Source: Hemiscyllium ocellatum
Taxonomy: Eukaryota
DNA: 64,000 nt
NCBI RefSeq assembly: GCF_020745735.1
Contig: NC_083409.1
Coordinates: forward strand, 9,971,534-10,035,533
Direction of reading: 5' to 3'
In this document: one piece after another, positions 34,961 through 47,600 of the stretch
How positions within the stretch are numbered: the stretch's first letter is position 1
How the letters are laid out: each line of letters opens with the position of its first letter
Translations under genes and position numbers: made by a program
The notes under the pieces: generated by a model
The model's input: only the letters and a program-made list of their open reading frames with translations
What the model was told of the DNA's origin: nothing
The model's database searches: none

Positions 34961-35388
34961 TTTAATACAATTTTGTCTCCATGATTGAATTTTCATTTTT
35001 CCCGAGCTACCTTTTACCGTGCTGATATGGCTTCTTTCTGCTTACTACCCTTTCTTTTTTCCCAAATTTGTTGCTCAATTTTAATACGCGCCCATATTTA
35101 TCCAACTTAGTTTAAATCTTCACATAACTATTGATCTACAGGGGCTCCAATCCACAAAACACAGGGGCCTCTAATCCCACAAGATTCTGTTTTTAGTACC
35201 TAATTTAAACAATCTCATTTAGGGTTTCGTCCAGGTACCGTGAGAATGAAATGGGGGAAGCAGCACACAAAGAAGCAGACCGAGAGCAATCGAGGTATAA
35301 TCTTACCTTGTGGACCCATTGGTCTCGAGTCCGACCCTTCGGTGAAGCTCCTGTTTTCGAGTTTCATTCAAACTTATCCCTTGTTGGA

Positions 35389-35406
35389 ACCCTGCTCGCA
35401 GCGCCA
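35389..35406 (-). other. Primer binding site complementary to tRNA-Ser
   Basis: Minus strand TGGCGCTGCGAGCAGGGT, 3 nt after the LTR end; the forward sequence ACCCTGCTCGCAGCGCCA resembles vertebrate tRNA-Ser(CGA/TGA) 3' ends as I recall them. Confidence 0.7.
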
Positions 35407-35409
35407 AAT

Positions 35410-36169
35410 TGATAAACTGCAGGTTTGAGATAGCCCAGGGAATCCCTTGTGAACTCAACCAGTAAGCCTCTCTTGGCTCATCCCGGAGATAGTATTTTTG
35501 GTAGTCTGGAATTAAAATATTCCTGATGAAAGTCATTTGCCCGAAACATCGATTTTACTGCTCTTCGGATGCTGCCTGAACTGCTGTGCTTTTCCAGCAC
35601 CACTAATCCAGAGTCTGGAATTTAAAAAAAACTTCTTCCAGACAGTTTAGTTTAATTTTAATCACTCCCTTTATTTACTAATAGCATAACTGTTAGAACA
35701 TAACACTGATACCAATAAGCCAGGCTAACTGGATTCCAAAAACACAGGAGAGTAGGATATCACTCTTCCTTCAAGAACCCTGGCAGGTTACTCTGTTGTA
35801 CTATCACAAACAGGCGACCTTTATACAAAAGTTTACAAAGGCTTTCTTTGTACAAAAAGTTAAAAGCACTGCATGTTCTGAATGACATAGATAACAGTGA
35901 AGGACAATAATTCGGGAGAGACATTAATTGATACTGAGTTTCGTTTCGAGGTCAGAATCAAACACTTATTAACTTCACAAAGGACAAGCCATGAATGTTA
36001 TCACACGGTGGCCTTTTAAAAAGATTCAGTGATGTTCAGGAAAATGTTCTTAATTGCCTTACCCTCCTCCCTCTCTATTTTCAGGCGAACACCAAATGTG
36101 TCCTGTAATTCAACATTACATTTTAGTGGAAATGTTTAAGGACAAGTTTTAAGGCTATAGACTTCCTCA
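35410..36169 (-). repeat. 5' LTR of the ERV (contains a Penelope tail at about 35515-35610)
   Basis: Starts TGAGGAAGTCTATAGCCTTAAAAC and ends CA just before the PBS; homologous to 30080-31623. Confidence 0.8.
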
Positions 36170-36834
36170 ACCTAAATTTAAGAGAGCTTGCCCAAGTCTG
36201 ATGAGGAGGAACGATTGGCAAACTTGAGTAAAGACCAGACTGAAGAAAACATTAACGGACTGATGTGTTCATGGAGAAGGCAGTCCTGGAGACAGAAACC
36301 CAAAACAATCCTGATGTGTTTGTGTGTTCTTCCAGTGCACAAAGGAAGGGGTTTTCACTAAATATCCACACGAACTCTTCAACTCCTCTGTTGGATTCAC
36401 TCAACAGGAAAAGGACCAACTCGAGGCTCAGTTTAAAGTACCATTCCTCGAGCCTGAAGCTGAGGAAATCCATGAGGAGCACGTGGACGTTAAAGGAGAG
36501 GAACCCAAGAACAATCATGAGGATAGTGAAGACTTTAAAGGAGATGATCTGAAGAGCAGTGATTCAAAGGCCAATTCTTTGGTTGATGTGATATTATCTT
36601 GCTTTGTCAAGGACGCCATTTGAACAATTGCAAGAAATCACAAAGTTTCAAGTTGAGAAGATCCAGCTTACTAATCAAGGATTACAGTACAAATTGGATG
36701 TTGAATCCTGGTCCAGGTCATCTTCCAAGGATCTAGAGGAGGAACACAAGACTGATAACCAGTTGGAGACATCCAGAAGAGATGATAGTGATGATGATAA
36801 GGAGGAAATATGTCCAGATCTTTGCTCTCGACCT
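36170..36834 (+). pseudogene. CEP350: CEP350 pseudogene, exon fragment 1 (post-CAP-Gly region), frameshifted and 5'-truncated by the LTR
   Basis: Across frames: TPLLDSLNR/EKDQLEAQFK, SLVDVILSCFVKDAI/EQLQEITKFQVEKIQLTNQ, DDDKEEICPDLCSRP, then phase-0 donor GTAAGT at 36835; matches the vertebrate CEP350 C-terminal region recalled from memory. Confidence 0.8.
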
Positions 36835-39181
36835 GTAAGTATGAATTTTGAACCCGTTTTGGGGTAGATTTTAACTTTAAGAATTGTGGAAGTGTTATCT
36901 GTCTTAAAGCATTGATGCAATTGTGTTATTAATAATTGCAGAGTTTATAAAATTCCCACATTTTTACGTACTTATAAGATTGTCATTATTTCCTGGAAAG
37001 TATTGCAAAATACAACTCCACTTTTTTCAGGCTCATTTTGCAGGTCATCATTTTCAGAAATTACCCTGAGTCTTCCCCTCTACCAAAAGACTGTTGTGAG
37101 GAATATCTTGATAAATTGTTAAATATATTTGTGGGTGATAAAATCAAGCTCTGGGGAATATTCTTGAAATCTCTAGTATCTCAGTGTTTTCTACCTTGCC
37201 CATCAATTCTCAAAATATGTATAAGTACGCCCGATTATTTCTCAAGGATTTAGTGACCATTTCTACTGTGTAATTACTGAGTTTAGAACTGAAAGATTGC
37301 TATTGAAATTCAAACCTCTTGCACTTTTCTGTCCTTTCCTCAAAGGGAGGCAGTGTTTTTAAAGAGGGTTTTTTAACCTAAGTTTTGAATCATGCTTTTC
37401 AATTTCTGGCGAATTCAGTGTACACACAGTTTATCCAGCGTAGTGTTCTGAAGCAAAGTCCCGAGCCTGAATGACCATCTTATGAGAAGAACAGAAGGGT
37501 TTATGGTTTGCACATATTAACATTGATTGGACAAGTAGCTGTTTTCATGGAAGTGCTTGACAAGTTCTCATACTGTCCATTCTTTTCTGAGCATTCAATG
37601 TAGGAAATCACTGAAATAGGAGCTTGGGTCAGTTTGATTTGACACAGCAACATCCTGACTAAACCGACATATGTTTTTCTGATTTGTCAATATTTGCGTT
37701 TACCCATAAAGTGCAGTAATAAAAAAGGGGTGCAGCAGTCGACTGAAAGTGACCTGAATTTGGAAAGTTGAAGCTCAGAACATTCAACCTGAAATCATTC
37801 ATTCCCCTAAATACATGACAGTTGGTAGATGAAGAGATTCTCCATACTTCTACGTGGAACCAGGAAAGATTTGAACAGCCTGTATCAATTTCCAAAAATG
37901 TGGTTAATCGTAACTCGCCATATTTCTTGCGGTTGAACAGTTTGAAGGATATTCGCTGGTTTCATCAAGATGTATCTGACCCTAAACTGTTCAAAAGCTG
38001 TATTCTTCTCATCCTCCACACTCCATGATATCAGCGGTGGGATCTCTCCCTTTGTGAGCCGAATGAAATACTGATTACAACTAATGGATAAGTGTGACAT
38101 AAGTTTATTTTTAAAGCTCAGTAAGATGACTTGTGATACTTTGCAACTTTGTAAAGATGATTTTTTCGCCACCTTGATTAGGACAAAAAATTTTAAAAAT
38201 TAAAACGGAGTATAAAACAAAGGCATTTCGTATGCTTTCCTTCATTGGTCAGAGTATTGAGTCCTGGAGTTGGGAGGTCTGTTGTGGCTGTACGTGGCAT
38301 TGGTTAGGGCACTGTTGGAATGTTACATGCAATTCTGGTCTCTTTCCTTTCGGAAAGAGATTGTGAAACTTGAAAGGGTTCACAAAAGATCGACAAGGAT
38401 GTTGCCAGGGTTGGAGGTTTTCAGCTATAGGGAGATGTTGAATTGGCCTAGGCTGTTTTTCCTGAAGTGTTGGAGGCTGGGGAGTGACCTTACAGAGGCT
38501 TATAAAATCACGAGGGGCATGGATAGGATAAATAGACAATGTTGTTTTCCCTGGGGTGGGGGAGTTCAGCACTAGAAGTTTAGGGTGAGAGGGTTATGAT
38601 GTAAAAGAGACCTAAGGGGCAACTTTTTCACGCAGAGGGTGGTATGTGTATGGAATGAGCTGCCAGAGGAAGTGGTGGAGGCTGATACAATTGCAACATT
38701 TAAAAGGCATTTGGATGGGGTGATAAATAGGAAGGGTTTGGAGGGATATGAGCCGGGTGCTGGCAAGTGGTACTAGATTGGGTTGGGATATCTTATCGGC
38801 ATGGATGTGTCAGACTGAAGGGTCTGTTTCCATGCTGTACATCTCTGACTCTATTTATCCTGATCCATTAAGTGAATTTTGTATTGAGTTTGAGTACTCA
38901 CTCTAATATAAAATACAGTGTTTGATGTTCTGGTTCTCACTCCATATGGAACCTTGACTTTCATTACATGGCTGAGAATAAATTGGAAATGAATTCCAGC
39001 CTGTGTTGAACTCGTCAGACAAATACTCTGAGAGATAAAAAGAAGGTTCTCGTTTGTTTCATGCTTTGATCACAGTTTATTAAAGCTATGTATTGGTCAT
39101 TAATGTTTTGAAATGAATTTCATCGTTTTTGTTCCTGATCTTCAGATTCTAGATTGACCAACAGCCTGTACTTTGTAACAG

Positions 39182-39557
39182 GGCAGCCCGGTGTTTGGCA
39201 CAAGTGGGCAGGAAGATTTGGCCAAATGCCTGGCAGAGTTGAAAGTGAGTCACGAGGCACTCGATGACCTGGTAGATGACCAAGATTGGTTTGATGAGGA
39301 CTTTGGGCTGAGCTGTAGCAAAGTGCAGCAGCCAGTGCAGGTGGCCCAGTCTCCAAAAGGATGTGCCTCTGAAAATCTAAAGGGAACCTGACTTTGCTGT
39401 AGCTCCTGATGCTTTAGAGGTTGAGAAGATGGTTCATGCAGCGGCTGGAAGTTGCAGGAACTTGGCCATGATCCAGCAGGTCTACAAATACTCACAGACT
39501 GTCTTGAAAACAATAAATGGAAAGATGTAGAGAGTGAGTGTAGAAGTTTATTGTGAG
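39182..39557 (+). pseudogene. CEP350: CEP350 pseudogene, exon 2
   Basis: Acceptor AACAG at 39181; GSPVFGTSGQEDLAKCLAELKVSHEALDDLVDDQDWFDEDFGLS...EVEKMVHAAA/WKLQELGHD...DVES; donor GTGAGA at 39558; frameshifts and stops. Confidence 0.88.
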
Positions 39558-39699
39558 GTGAGATTCAGCTTTTGAGTTTGAACGCAATTATTTTTTTCTC
39601 AGTTAAGCAAGAAAGGTATGGGTTAATCGTGCTCTACAGCAGCTCTGAGAGGCCAGATCTAATATAATCTTTTCTCTGTTACACTTTTACTTCTTCTAG

Positions 39700-39830
39700 C
39701 TTGTATTTAATGTGACAAGAGAAATTTTTGCTGGAATGTTTTCTGAAGACCCCAGTGTAAGCTAAACCCCATGGATGAAGCCAAGCTGAATTAACCCTGC
39801 TTTCTTCAAATGAGCGAGGAACTTACCATG
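39700..39830 (+). pseudogene. CEP350: CEP350 pseudogene, exon 3 (C-terminal conserved domain), ending near the CR1 insertion
   Basis: Acceptor TTCTAG at 39699; LVFNVTREIFAGMFSEDPSVS*TPWMKPS*INPAFFK*ARN vs recalled AVFDLTKEIFEEIFAEDPNLNQPVWMKPCRINSSYFRRVKN. Confidence 0.85.
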
Positions 39831-39849
39831 AGCATGGGAGTCCTCCATT

Positions 39850-42800
39850 TCTGTTTTTCAGCGGCAGCAGCAACTCGAAGGGTGAGAGCTTGTACCAGGG
39901 GCCTGCTGGGAGCAGTGAGTCACTGATTTGAGCTTTTAAATTTGAAGTCAGAGAGCAGAGATTTCTGGGAAAGGAGGGACTTCTTATTTTTATTTCCATC
40001 CAGCTATATAATTCAGTGGTTTCTCAAGCCGAGACCCTCCCTTTGTCGGGCTTCCCACCAAACCACTTCCTCTAACATTAATAACTAGGGAGATATCAAG
40101 TAGGCATCACTTCGTTTTTTTACTTTGTGATAAGGGGACTAGCAGTGATGGCAGTGCAGGGAGAGCAATGTTCCTCGTGCATGATGTTTGAGGTGAGGGA
40201 CGCCATTAGTGTCCCATCCAAGTACATCTGCACGTAGTGCACCCAACTCTCGCTCCGCCATGACAGTGTTCGGGAACTGGAGCGGGAGATGGATGAACTT
40301 CAGATCATTCAGGAGGGAGCTGCTGTAATAGGTAAGAGTTAGAGGGAAGTAGTTACTCGTAGGCACGAAGAAAGCTGGGTGACTGTTCAAAGGGGGAAAA
40401 ACAGTCAGTGGAGCGATCCGCTGTGGTTGTTCACCTGAAAAACATGTATACTGTTTTGGATACTGTTGAGGGGGACGACTTACCAGGGATATGCAGTGAG
40501 GCCCAGGTCTCTGGCACAGAGCCTGTCCCTGTTGCACATGAGGGAAAGGAGGAGAGCGTTAGTCATTGGGGATTCGATAGTTGGAGGCTCAGATAGAAGA
40601 TTTGTAGGGAACGAACGAGACTTGCGGTTGGTGTGTGGCCTCCCAGGTGCCAGGGTCCGTGAGGTCTCGGATCGTATCTTTGGGCTCCTGAAGGGAGAAG
40701 GTGACCAGCCTCAGGTCGTTGTCCGTGTAGGTACCAACGACATAGGTAGAAAGAGGGATAGGGATATAAGGCAGGATTTCAGGGAGCTAGGGTGGAAGCT
40801 GAGAGCGAGAACAAACAAAGTTGTTACCTCTGGGTTTGTTGCCCGGGCCACGTGATAGCGAGACAAGGAATAGGGAGAGATATCAGCTGTACACGTGTCT
40901 GCAAGGATGGTGCAGGAGGGAGGGTTTCAGGGACTTGGATAATTGGGACTCATTCTGGGGAAGGTGGGACTTGTACAAACAGGACGGTCTTCACTTAAAC
41001 CAGAGGGGTACTAATATCCTGGGTGGGAAATTTTGCTGGTGCTATTCGGGTGGGTTGAAACTAGCTCAGCAGGGGATGGGAACCGGAGGTGTAGTTGCAG
41101 TGCACAGGAAGATGAGAGTAGGAAGGACAGGGACAGGATTTCGGGGGTCGCAAGAATGTGCTGGCAGACAGCGAAGTGATTTGAAGTGTGTCTATTTCAA
41201 CGCCAGAAGTATCCGAAATAAGGTAGGTGAGCTTGCAGCATGGATAGGTACCTGGAACTTTGATGTTGTGGCCATTTTGGAGACATGGATAGAACAGGGT
41301 GAGGAATGGATGTTGCAGGTTCCAGGGTTTAGATCTTTCACTAAGAACAGGCAAGGCGGTAAAAGAGGGGGAAACGTGGCCTTGTTAGTCAAGTATAATA
41401 TAACGGTGGCTGAGAGAAATTTTGATGAGTACTCGTCTACTGAGGTCGTGTGGGCTGAGGTTAGAAACAGGAGAGGAGAGGTCACACTGCTTGGAGATTT
41501 TTATAGGCCTCTGCAGAGTTCCATGGAAGTGGAAGAGAGGACTAGCAAAATTATTCTGGGTAGGAGTGAAAGGAACAGGGTGGTCATTGTGGGGAACTTT
41601 AACTTCCCCAACGTTGACTGGAAATGCTATAATTCTAGTACGTCGGATAGATCAGTTTTTGTCTGATGTGTACAGGAGGCTTTCCTGACACAGTATGTTG
41701 AAGGGCCGACAAGAGGGGAGGCCAAATTGGATCTGGTGCTTGGTAATGAAACAGGTCAGGTGTTTGATTTAGTGGTAGGTGTGCACTTTGGAGAGAGTGA
41801 CCATAATTCAGTTATGTTTAGTTTAGCGATGGAAAGGGATAGGTACATGCCACAGGTCAAGAATTAATGACGGGGCAAGGGCAATTATATTGCGATTAGG
41901 CAGGAATTAGGATGCATAGAATGGGGTAGCAAAATGCAGGGGATGCAGACAATGGAAACGTGGAGCTGGTTTAAGGAACAGATATTGCATGTCCTTGATA
42001 GGTATGTCCCTGTCAGGCAGGGAGGAAGGGATAAAGTAAGGTAAGCGTGGTTTACGACAGAAATTGCATCTCTTGTTACGAAGAAGAAGGAGGCTTATGT
42101 GTTGATGAGGCAAGATGGTTCAGATGAGGCGATGGAGAGTTACAGATCAGCAAGGAATGATTCAACGAGAGAGTTAAGAAGAGCAAAGAGAGGACACGAG
42201 CAGTCTTTAGCAAATTGAATAAAGGAGAACCCTAAAGGTTTCTATAGGTATGTGAGAAATCAAAGGATGATTAGAGTGGGAATAGGGCCAGTCAAAGACA
42301 GAAGGGGGAAGTTGTGTGGATCCTGTGGAGATCGGAGAGGTACTAAATGAACATCTCTCATCAATTTTCACTCAGGAAAAGGAGAATATTGGAGAGGAGA
42401 AGAACGAGGTATGAGATACAGTAGCGCCAGAACATACGAGCGACCCCGTTCACAAACAAATTGGTTTACGAACAGTATTGTACATAAAGTTTTGCTTCTA
42501 CATACGCACAAAATTCAAGGTAAGAATGATGGTACGAGCAATTCGTCTTTGGAGTATGCACAGTTCGTCTTTGGCGCGTGCGCAGTTCATCTTTGGAGCG
42601 TGCACTGTGAACATGGGAAAAATTGATTCGCGAACCGGGTGGCGGAACAGATTAAGTTCGTAATTCGACGCGCTACTCTGTTAGACTTGAAAGGATCGAG
42701 GTTAGTTACGCACAGGTGTTATCAATTCTAGAAGAAGTGAAAATAGACAAGACCCCTAGGCCGGATGGGATTTATCCGAAGATTATCTTGGAAGCTAGGG

Positions 42801-44294
42801 AAGAGATAGCAGAGCTTTTAGCTTTGATATGTGAGTCATCATTGTCTCCAGGTTTGGTACCAGAGGACTGGAGGACTGCAAATGTTGTGCCCTTGTTCAA
42901 GAAGGGCAGTAGAGATGACCCAGGTAATTATAGACCAGTGAGCCTTACTTCTGTTGTAGGAAAGGTTAAGGAAAGGATTATAAGAGATAAGGTTTATAAT
43001 CATCTAGCAAGCAGCACTTTGATTTCAGATCGTCAACGTGGTTTCGTCAAGGGCAGGTTGTGTCTCACAAACCACAGTGAGGTTTTTGAGAAGGTGACCA
43101 AGCATGGAGATGAAGATAGGGCAGTTGACACTGTATACATCGACTTCAGTAAAGCCTTTGATAAAGTTCCACACGGTAGGTTGTTGGAGAAAATGCAGAG
43201 GATGGGATTTAGGGTGATTTAGCAGTTTGGATAAGAAACTAGCTTTCTGAAAGAAGGCAGCTAGTGGTTGATGGAAAATATTCAGCCTGGAGTCCGGTTA
43301 CTAGTGGTGTGCCACAAGGATCTGATTTAGGACCACTGCTGTTTGTCAGTTTTATAAATGACTTAGACGCAGACTTAGGTGGATAGATTAGTAAATTTGC
43401 CGATGACAGTAAATTTGGCGGAGTAGTGGACAGTGTGGAAGAATGTTACAAATTGCAGGGGGTCTTGAATAAACTGCAAAATTGGGCTGAGAGGTGGCAA
43501 CTGGAGTTCAATGCAGCTAAATGTGAGGCGATTCACTTTGGGAAGAATAACAGGAAGGCAAAGTACTGGGTCAATGGAAAGATTCTTGGTACTGTGGATC
43601 TGCATAGGCATTTTGGAGTCCATGTACATTGATCCTTGAAAGTTGCCATCCAGGTGGATAGTGCTGTTAAGAAGGGATACGATGTTTTCAGTTTCATTCG
43701 TAGAGGGATTGAGTTTCAGAGACGCAATATCATGCTTCAAATATACAAAATGCTGGTGTGGCCACACTTGGAGACCAGAACTGTTGACAATATTCCATAT
43801 TTTGCGAAGGATGTGGAAGCATTGGAAAAGGTGCAGAGGAGATTTACCAGGATGTTGCCTGGTCTGGAGCGAAGGTCTTATGTGGAAAGGTTGAGAGACT
43901 TGAACCTATTTTCATTGGCAAGAAGAAGGCTAAGAGGGGATTTCATCGAGACATACAAGATGATCAGAGGATGAGATAGGGTAAACAGTGAGAGTCTTTT
44001 TCCTAGGATGATGGCATCAGCGTGTACGAGGGGGCATAACTACAAATTGAAGGGTCATAGATTTAAGACAGATGTCAGAGGCAGGTTCTTTACGCAGAGA
44101 GTGGTAAGGGCGTGGAATGCCCTACCTGCTAATGTAGTCAACTCAACCACATGTGGGAGGTTTAAACAATTCTTAGATAAGCACATGGATGATTTTGGGA
44201 TTGTGTAGGGGGACGAGCTGAGAATAGCTCACAGGTCGGCACAACGTCGAGGGCTGAAGGGCCTGTTCTGCGCTGTATCGTTCTATGTTCTATG
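39850..44294 (+). mobile_element. Near full-length CR1 LINE (zinc-finger/esterase ORF1 from 40148; EN-RT ORF2), inactivated
   Basis: CSSC...YICT*C, VIGDSIV...PGARV...VGTND (SGNH esterase); [47 protein letters not shown] and FADD; (TTCTATG) 3' tail; many stops and frameshifts. Confidence 0.92.
42419..42680. mobile_element. Small DNA-transposon-like (MITE) insertion inside the CR1
   Basis: Interrupts ORF2; ends CAGTAGCGC... / ...GCGCTACTCTG flanked by TA; internal 3x ~21-bp repeat (GCAGTTCGTCTTTGG); CpG-rich. Confidence 0.55.
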
Positions 44295-44689
44295 AACCCA
44301 CAGAATGAAATGAAGGTAATAACTCCAAGTAATCCTTTTGTCTGACTTGTCAATAATAATGTTGCAAGTGTGATGCTGGTTGGATCTAAAATATGTAGAT
44401 TGAGTAAGTGAGTGACTCATCTTGTAAACAATGGCCACTATCCTGACTTGGAAATCTGTCACTGCTTCTTGGAAGTTCCTCCCTCATGAGATTGTGGGTC
44501 TAGCTCAGCACCATCTTCTCAAGGAAAACTAGGAAGGGGCAATAAATGCTGGCCAGCCAGTAACGCTCCCAATCCATGAATGAACAAGAAAGATATTTTC
44601 TCACTGAGCAGCAAGGAACCCAATTTTAATTCTAAGCTCCTCAATGAACATTTTTAAAATGACTCACAGGGTCTGGGCATCGCCAGCTG

Positions 44690-47600
44690 GCCAGCATTTA
44701 TTGATCGTTCTTAGTTCCTTTTGAGAACTTGGTGAGCTTTCTTTTGTAACCACTGCAGTCCATGTGCTGTAGGTAGACCCATATTGCCCTTTGGGAACGA
44801 ATTCCAGGAATTGGATACAGCAATCCTGAAGAACCAGTGAGTGGTTTGCAGGGGCTTTTACAAGAACAGTCCTGTGTATCTGCTGCTCTTGTCCTTCTAG
44901 ACCTAAATGGTCGTGTTGGTGAGGATCTGGCTAAAGATCTCAGGATTTCTGCATTGCATCTTGTAGATTGTGCACACTGCTCCTACTGAGTGAAGGGTGC
45001 TGGAGGGCTTGGCTGCTTGCGGATGTGGTGCCAATCAAGTGGGCTGCTTTGTCCTGGCTGGTGTCGAGCTTTTTGTGTGTTACTGAAGCAGTACTCGTCC
45101 AGGCAAGTGGGACATATTCCATCACACTCCTGACTTAGAACATAGAACATGGCAAAATACAGCGCAGTGCAGACCCTTCGGCTCTCGATGTTGCGCTGAT
45201 CCAAGCCCACCTAACCTACACTAGCCCACTATCCTCCATATACATATCCAATGCCCGTTTAAATGCCCATAAAGAGGGAGAGTCTACCACTGCTACTGGC
45301 AGGTCATTCCATGAACTCACGACTCGCTAAGTAAAGATAAGCACATGGATGTTTTTGGGATAGTGTAGGGGGTCGAGCTGAGAATAGCTCACAGGTCGGC
45401 GCAACGTCGAGGGCTGAAGGGCCTGTTCTTTGTGCTTGTGCTTGTGCTTGTGCTTTGTACTGGGTGGATTTGCAATGGGGAATCTGGAGGTGAGTTATAC
45501 ATCACAGTATTCCAAGCCTCTGACCTGCCCTTGTAGCCCACGGTGTTTATATGACGAGTCCAGTTGAGTTTCTGGTGCATAGTAATCCCCATGATATTCA
45601 TAGTGGAGGATTCAGTGAGGGTAACACCATTTGGATGTCAATGGCCATTTGTTAAATATCCTCTTGGAGTCATAGAGATGGACAGCTCAAAAAATTACCT
45701 TTCAGTCCAACTTGCCCATGCTGACCAGTTATCCGAGATAAAATCTAGTCCCATTCACCAGCATTTAGCCAATTTCCCTTTGAAATATTTCCTATTCATA
45801 TACGCATCCAGATGCCTTTCAAATATCGTGATTATGCCAGCCTCCTCCACTTCCTCTGGCAGCTCATTCCATAAGCACACTACCCTCTGCATGAAAAAGG
45901 TACCTGTTCGGCTCCTTCTAAATGTTTTCCCTCTCGCCTTTGCCCTCTCGTTTTAGAGTTGCTTACACCAGGGAAAAGACTTGTCTATTTACCCTATCCA
46001 TACCCCTCATGAGTTTAGAAATCTTTACACAGTCGCCTCTCAGCCTCCTTTGCTCCAGGGAAAAAAGTTCAAAACCAATTCTTCCTCTTCCTATAGCAGA
46101 ACCACCCCCCCCCCCCCCCAAACCCTGGCAACATCCTTGTAAATCTTTGCATCATCCTTTCAAAATTCACAACATAATCGGAGAACAGGGAGTCCAGAAT
46201 TGCACACGAGGTATTCTAAAAGAGGTCAAGTCAGTGTCCTGCACAGCTACAACATGACCTCTGAACTCCTATGCTCAATGCTCTGTCCAACAAAGGTAAG
46301 CATACCAAACGCCGCCTTCACTATCCTGTCTACCTGTGACTCCACTTTCAAGGAACTATGGACCTGCCCTCCAAGGTCTTTTTGTTCAGCAACACTCCCC
46401 AGGACTTTACTATTGAGTTTACTATTGAAGTCCTGACCTGATTTGCCTTAACAAAATGCAGCACCTCACATTTATGTAAATTAAACTACATCTGCCACTC
46501 GTCAGCCCATCTGATCAAGATCCTTTTGTATTATGAACCTTCTTGACTGTCCACTGCACCTCCAATTTAGCAGTTATTTAGTCTCCATGCAAGTCTACTC
46601 CCACTTTGTCTCATCCCATCAGCGCATCCTTCTGTATGTTTCTCCCACAGGTACTTATCCAGTTTCCGCTTAACAGGTTCATACTATTCAACTTAAGCAT
46701 TGCCGGGACTAACAATTTCTATGCTTTCTTAGGTAAGAATGTTTTGTTTTGAATTTCTGATTTGATCCATTAATGTTAACTTTCTGTTCAGGTCAGCCTC
46801 ACAAGTGATAACATTTCTTCCTCCATGCAGTTCAAGCATCTTCGTTTTTAAAGTGCTCTTTCAAATCTTGTTTTTAAAGTTCTCCGTCCAGTCACTAGTT
46901 TATACAGTTAATGGTCGGGCCCTGGGGAGTGTCACTGAAAAATAGAGACCTTGGGATGCAGGCGCATAGTTCCTTGAAAGCGGAGTTGCAGGTAGAAAGG
47001 GTGGTGAAGAAGGCATTTGGCATGCTTGCCTTCATTGGTTAGAAGATTGACTGCAGGGATTGAGGCGTAATGTTGCAGCTGTACAGGACATTGGTTCGGC
47101 CACTTCTAGAATACTGCATACAGTTCTGATCGCTTTTCTATACGAAGGACGTTAAACTTAAGAGAGTGCAGAAAACATTTACGAGGATGTTGCCAGGACT
47201 GAGTTACAAGGAGAAGCTGAATAGACTGAAGCATTGTTTCCCTGGAGGATTGGAGGCTGAAGGGTTTTTGTAAAGGTTTATAAAATCATGAGGGGCACGG
47301 ATAGGGTGAATCACGAAGATTTTTTTCCTAGGGCACGGGAGTTCTAAACTAGAGGGCATGGGTTTAAGCTGAGAGGGGGAGATTTAAAAAGGGCCTGAGG
47401 GGTAACTTTCTCAGGCAGAGGGTGCTGCAGACATGGAATGAGTTGCCAGAGTGGTGGAAGGGGCTTCAATTACATCTTCCTTTTAACTTTTAAAAGGCAC
47501 CGGGATGGGTACATGAATAGGCATGGTGGAGAAGGATATGGGCTAAATTCTGGCAAACTGGAACTAGGTCACATTGGGATATCTGGTTGGTGCAGATGAG

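Larger units (their letters stand above)
30080..36169 (-). mobile_element. Defective endogenous retrovirus (gamma/epsilon-like): LTR-PBS-[gag/pro/RT deleted]-IN-env-PPT-LTR
   Basis: Two homologous LTRs bounded by TG...CA, PBS, splice donor AAG|GTAAG (forward 35302-35309), integrase and env motifs, and a PPT. Confidence 0.9.

Noticed and set aside
37030-38120. Protein-looking stretches in the CEP350 pseudogene intron (e.g. NMYKYARLFLKDLV, QFPKMWLIVTRH)
   Set aside because: There are many stops in all frames and no family motif I can recognise. A weak hAT-transposase resemblance was not convincing; a tBLASTx search would be needed.
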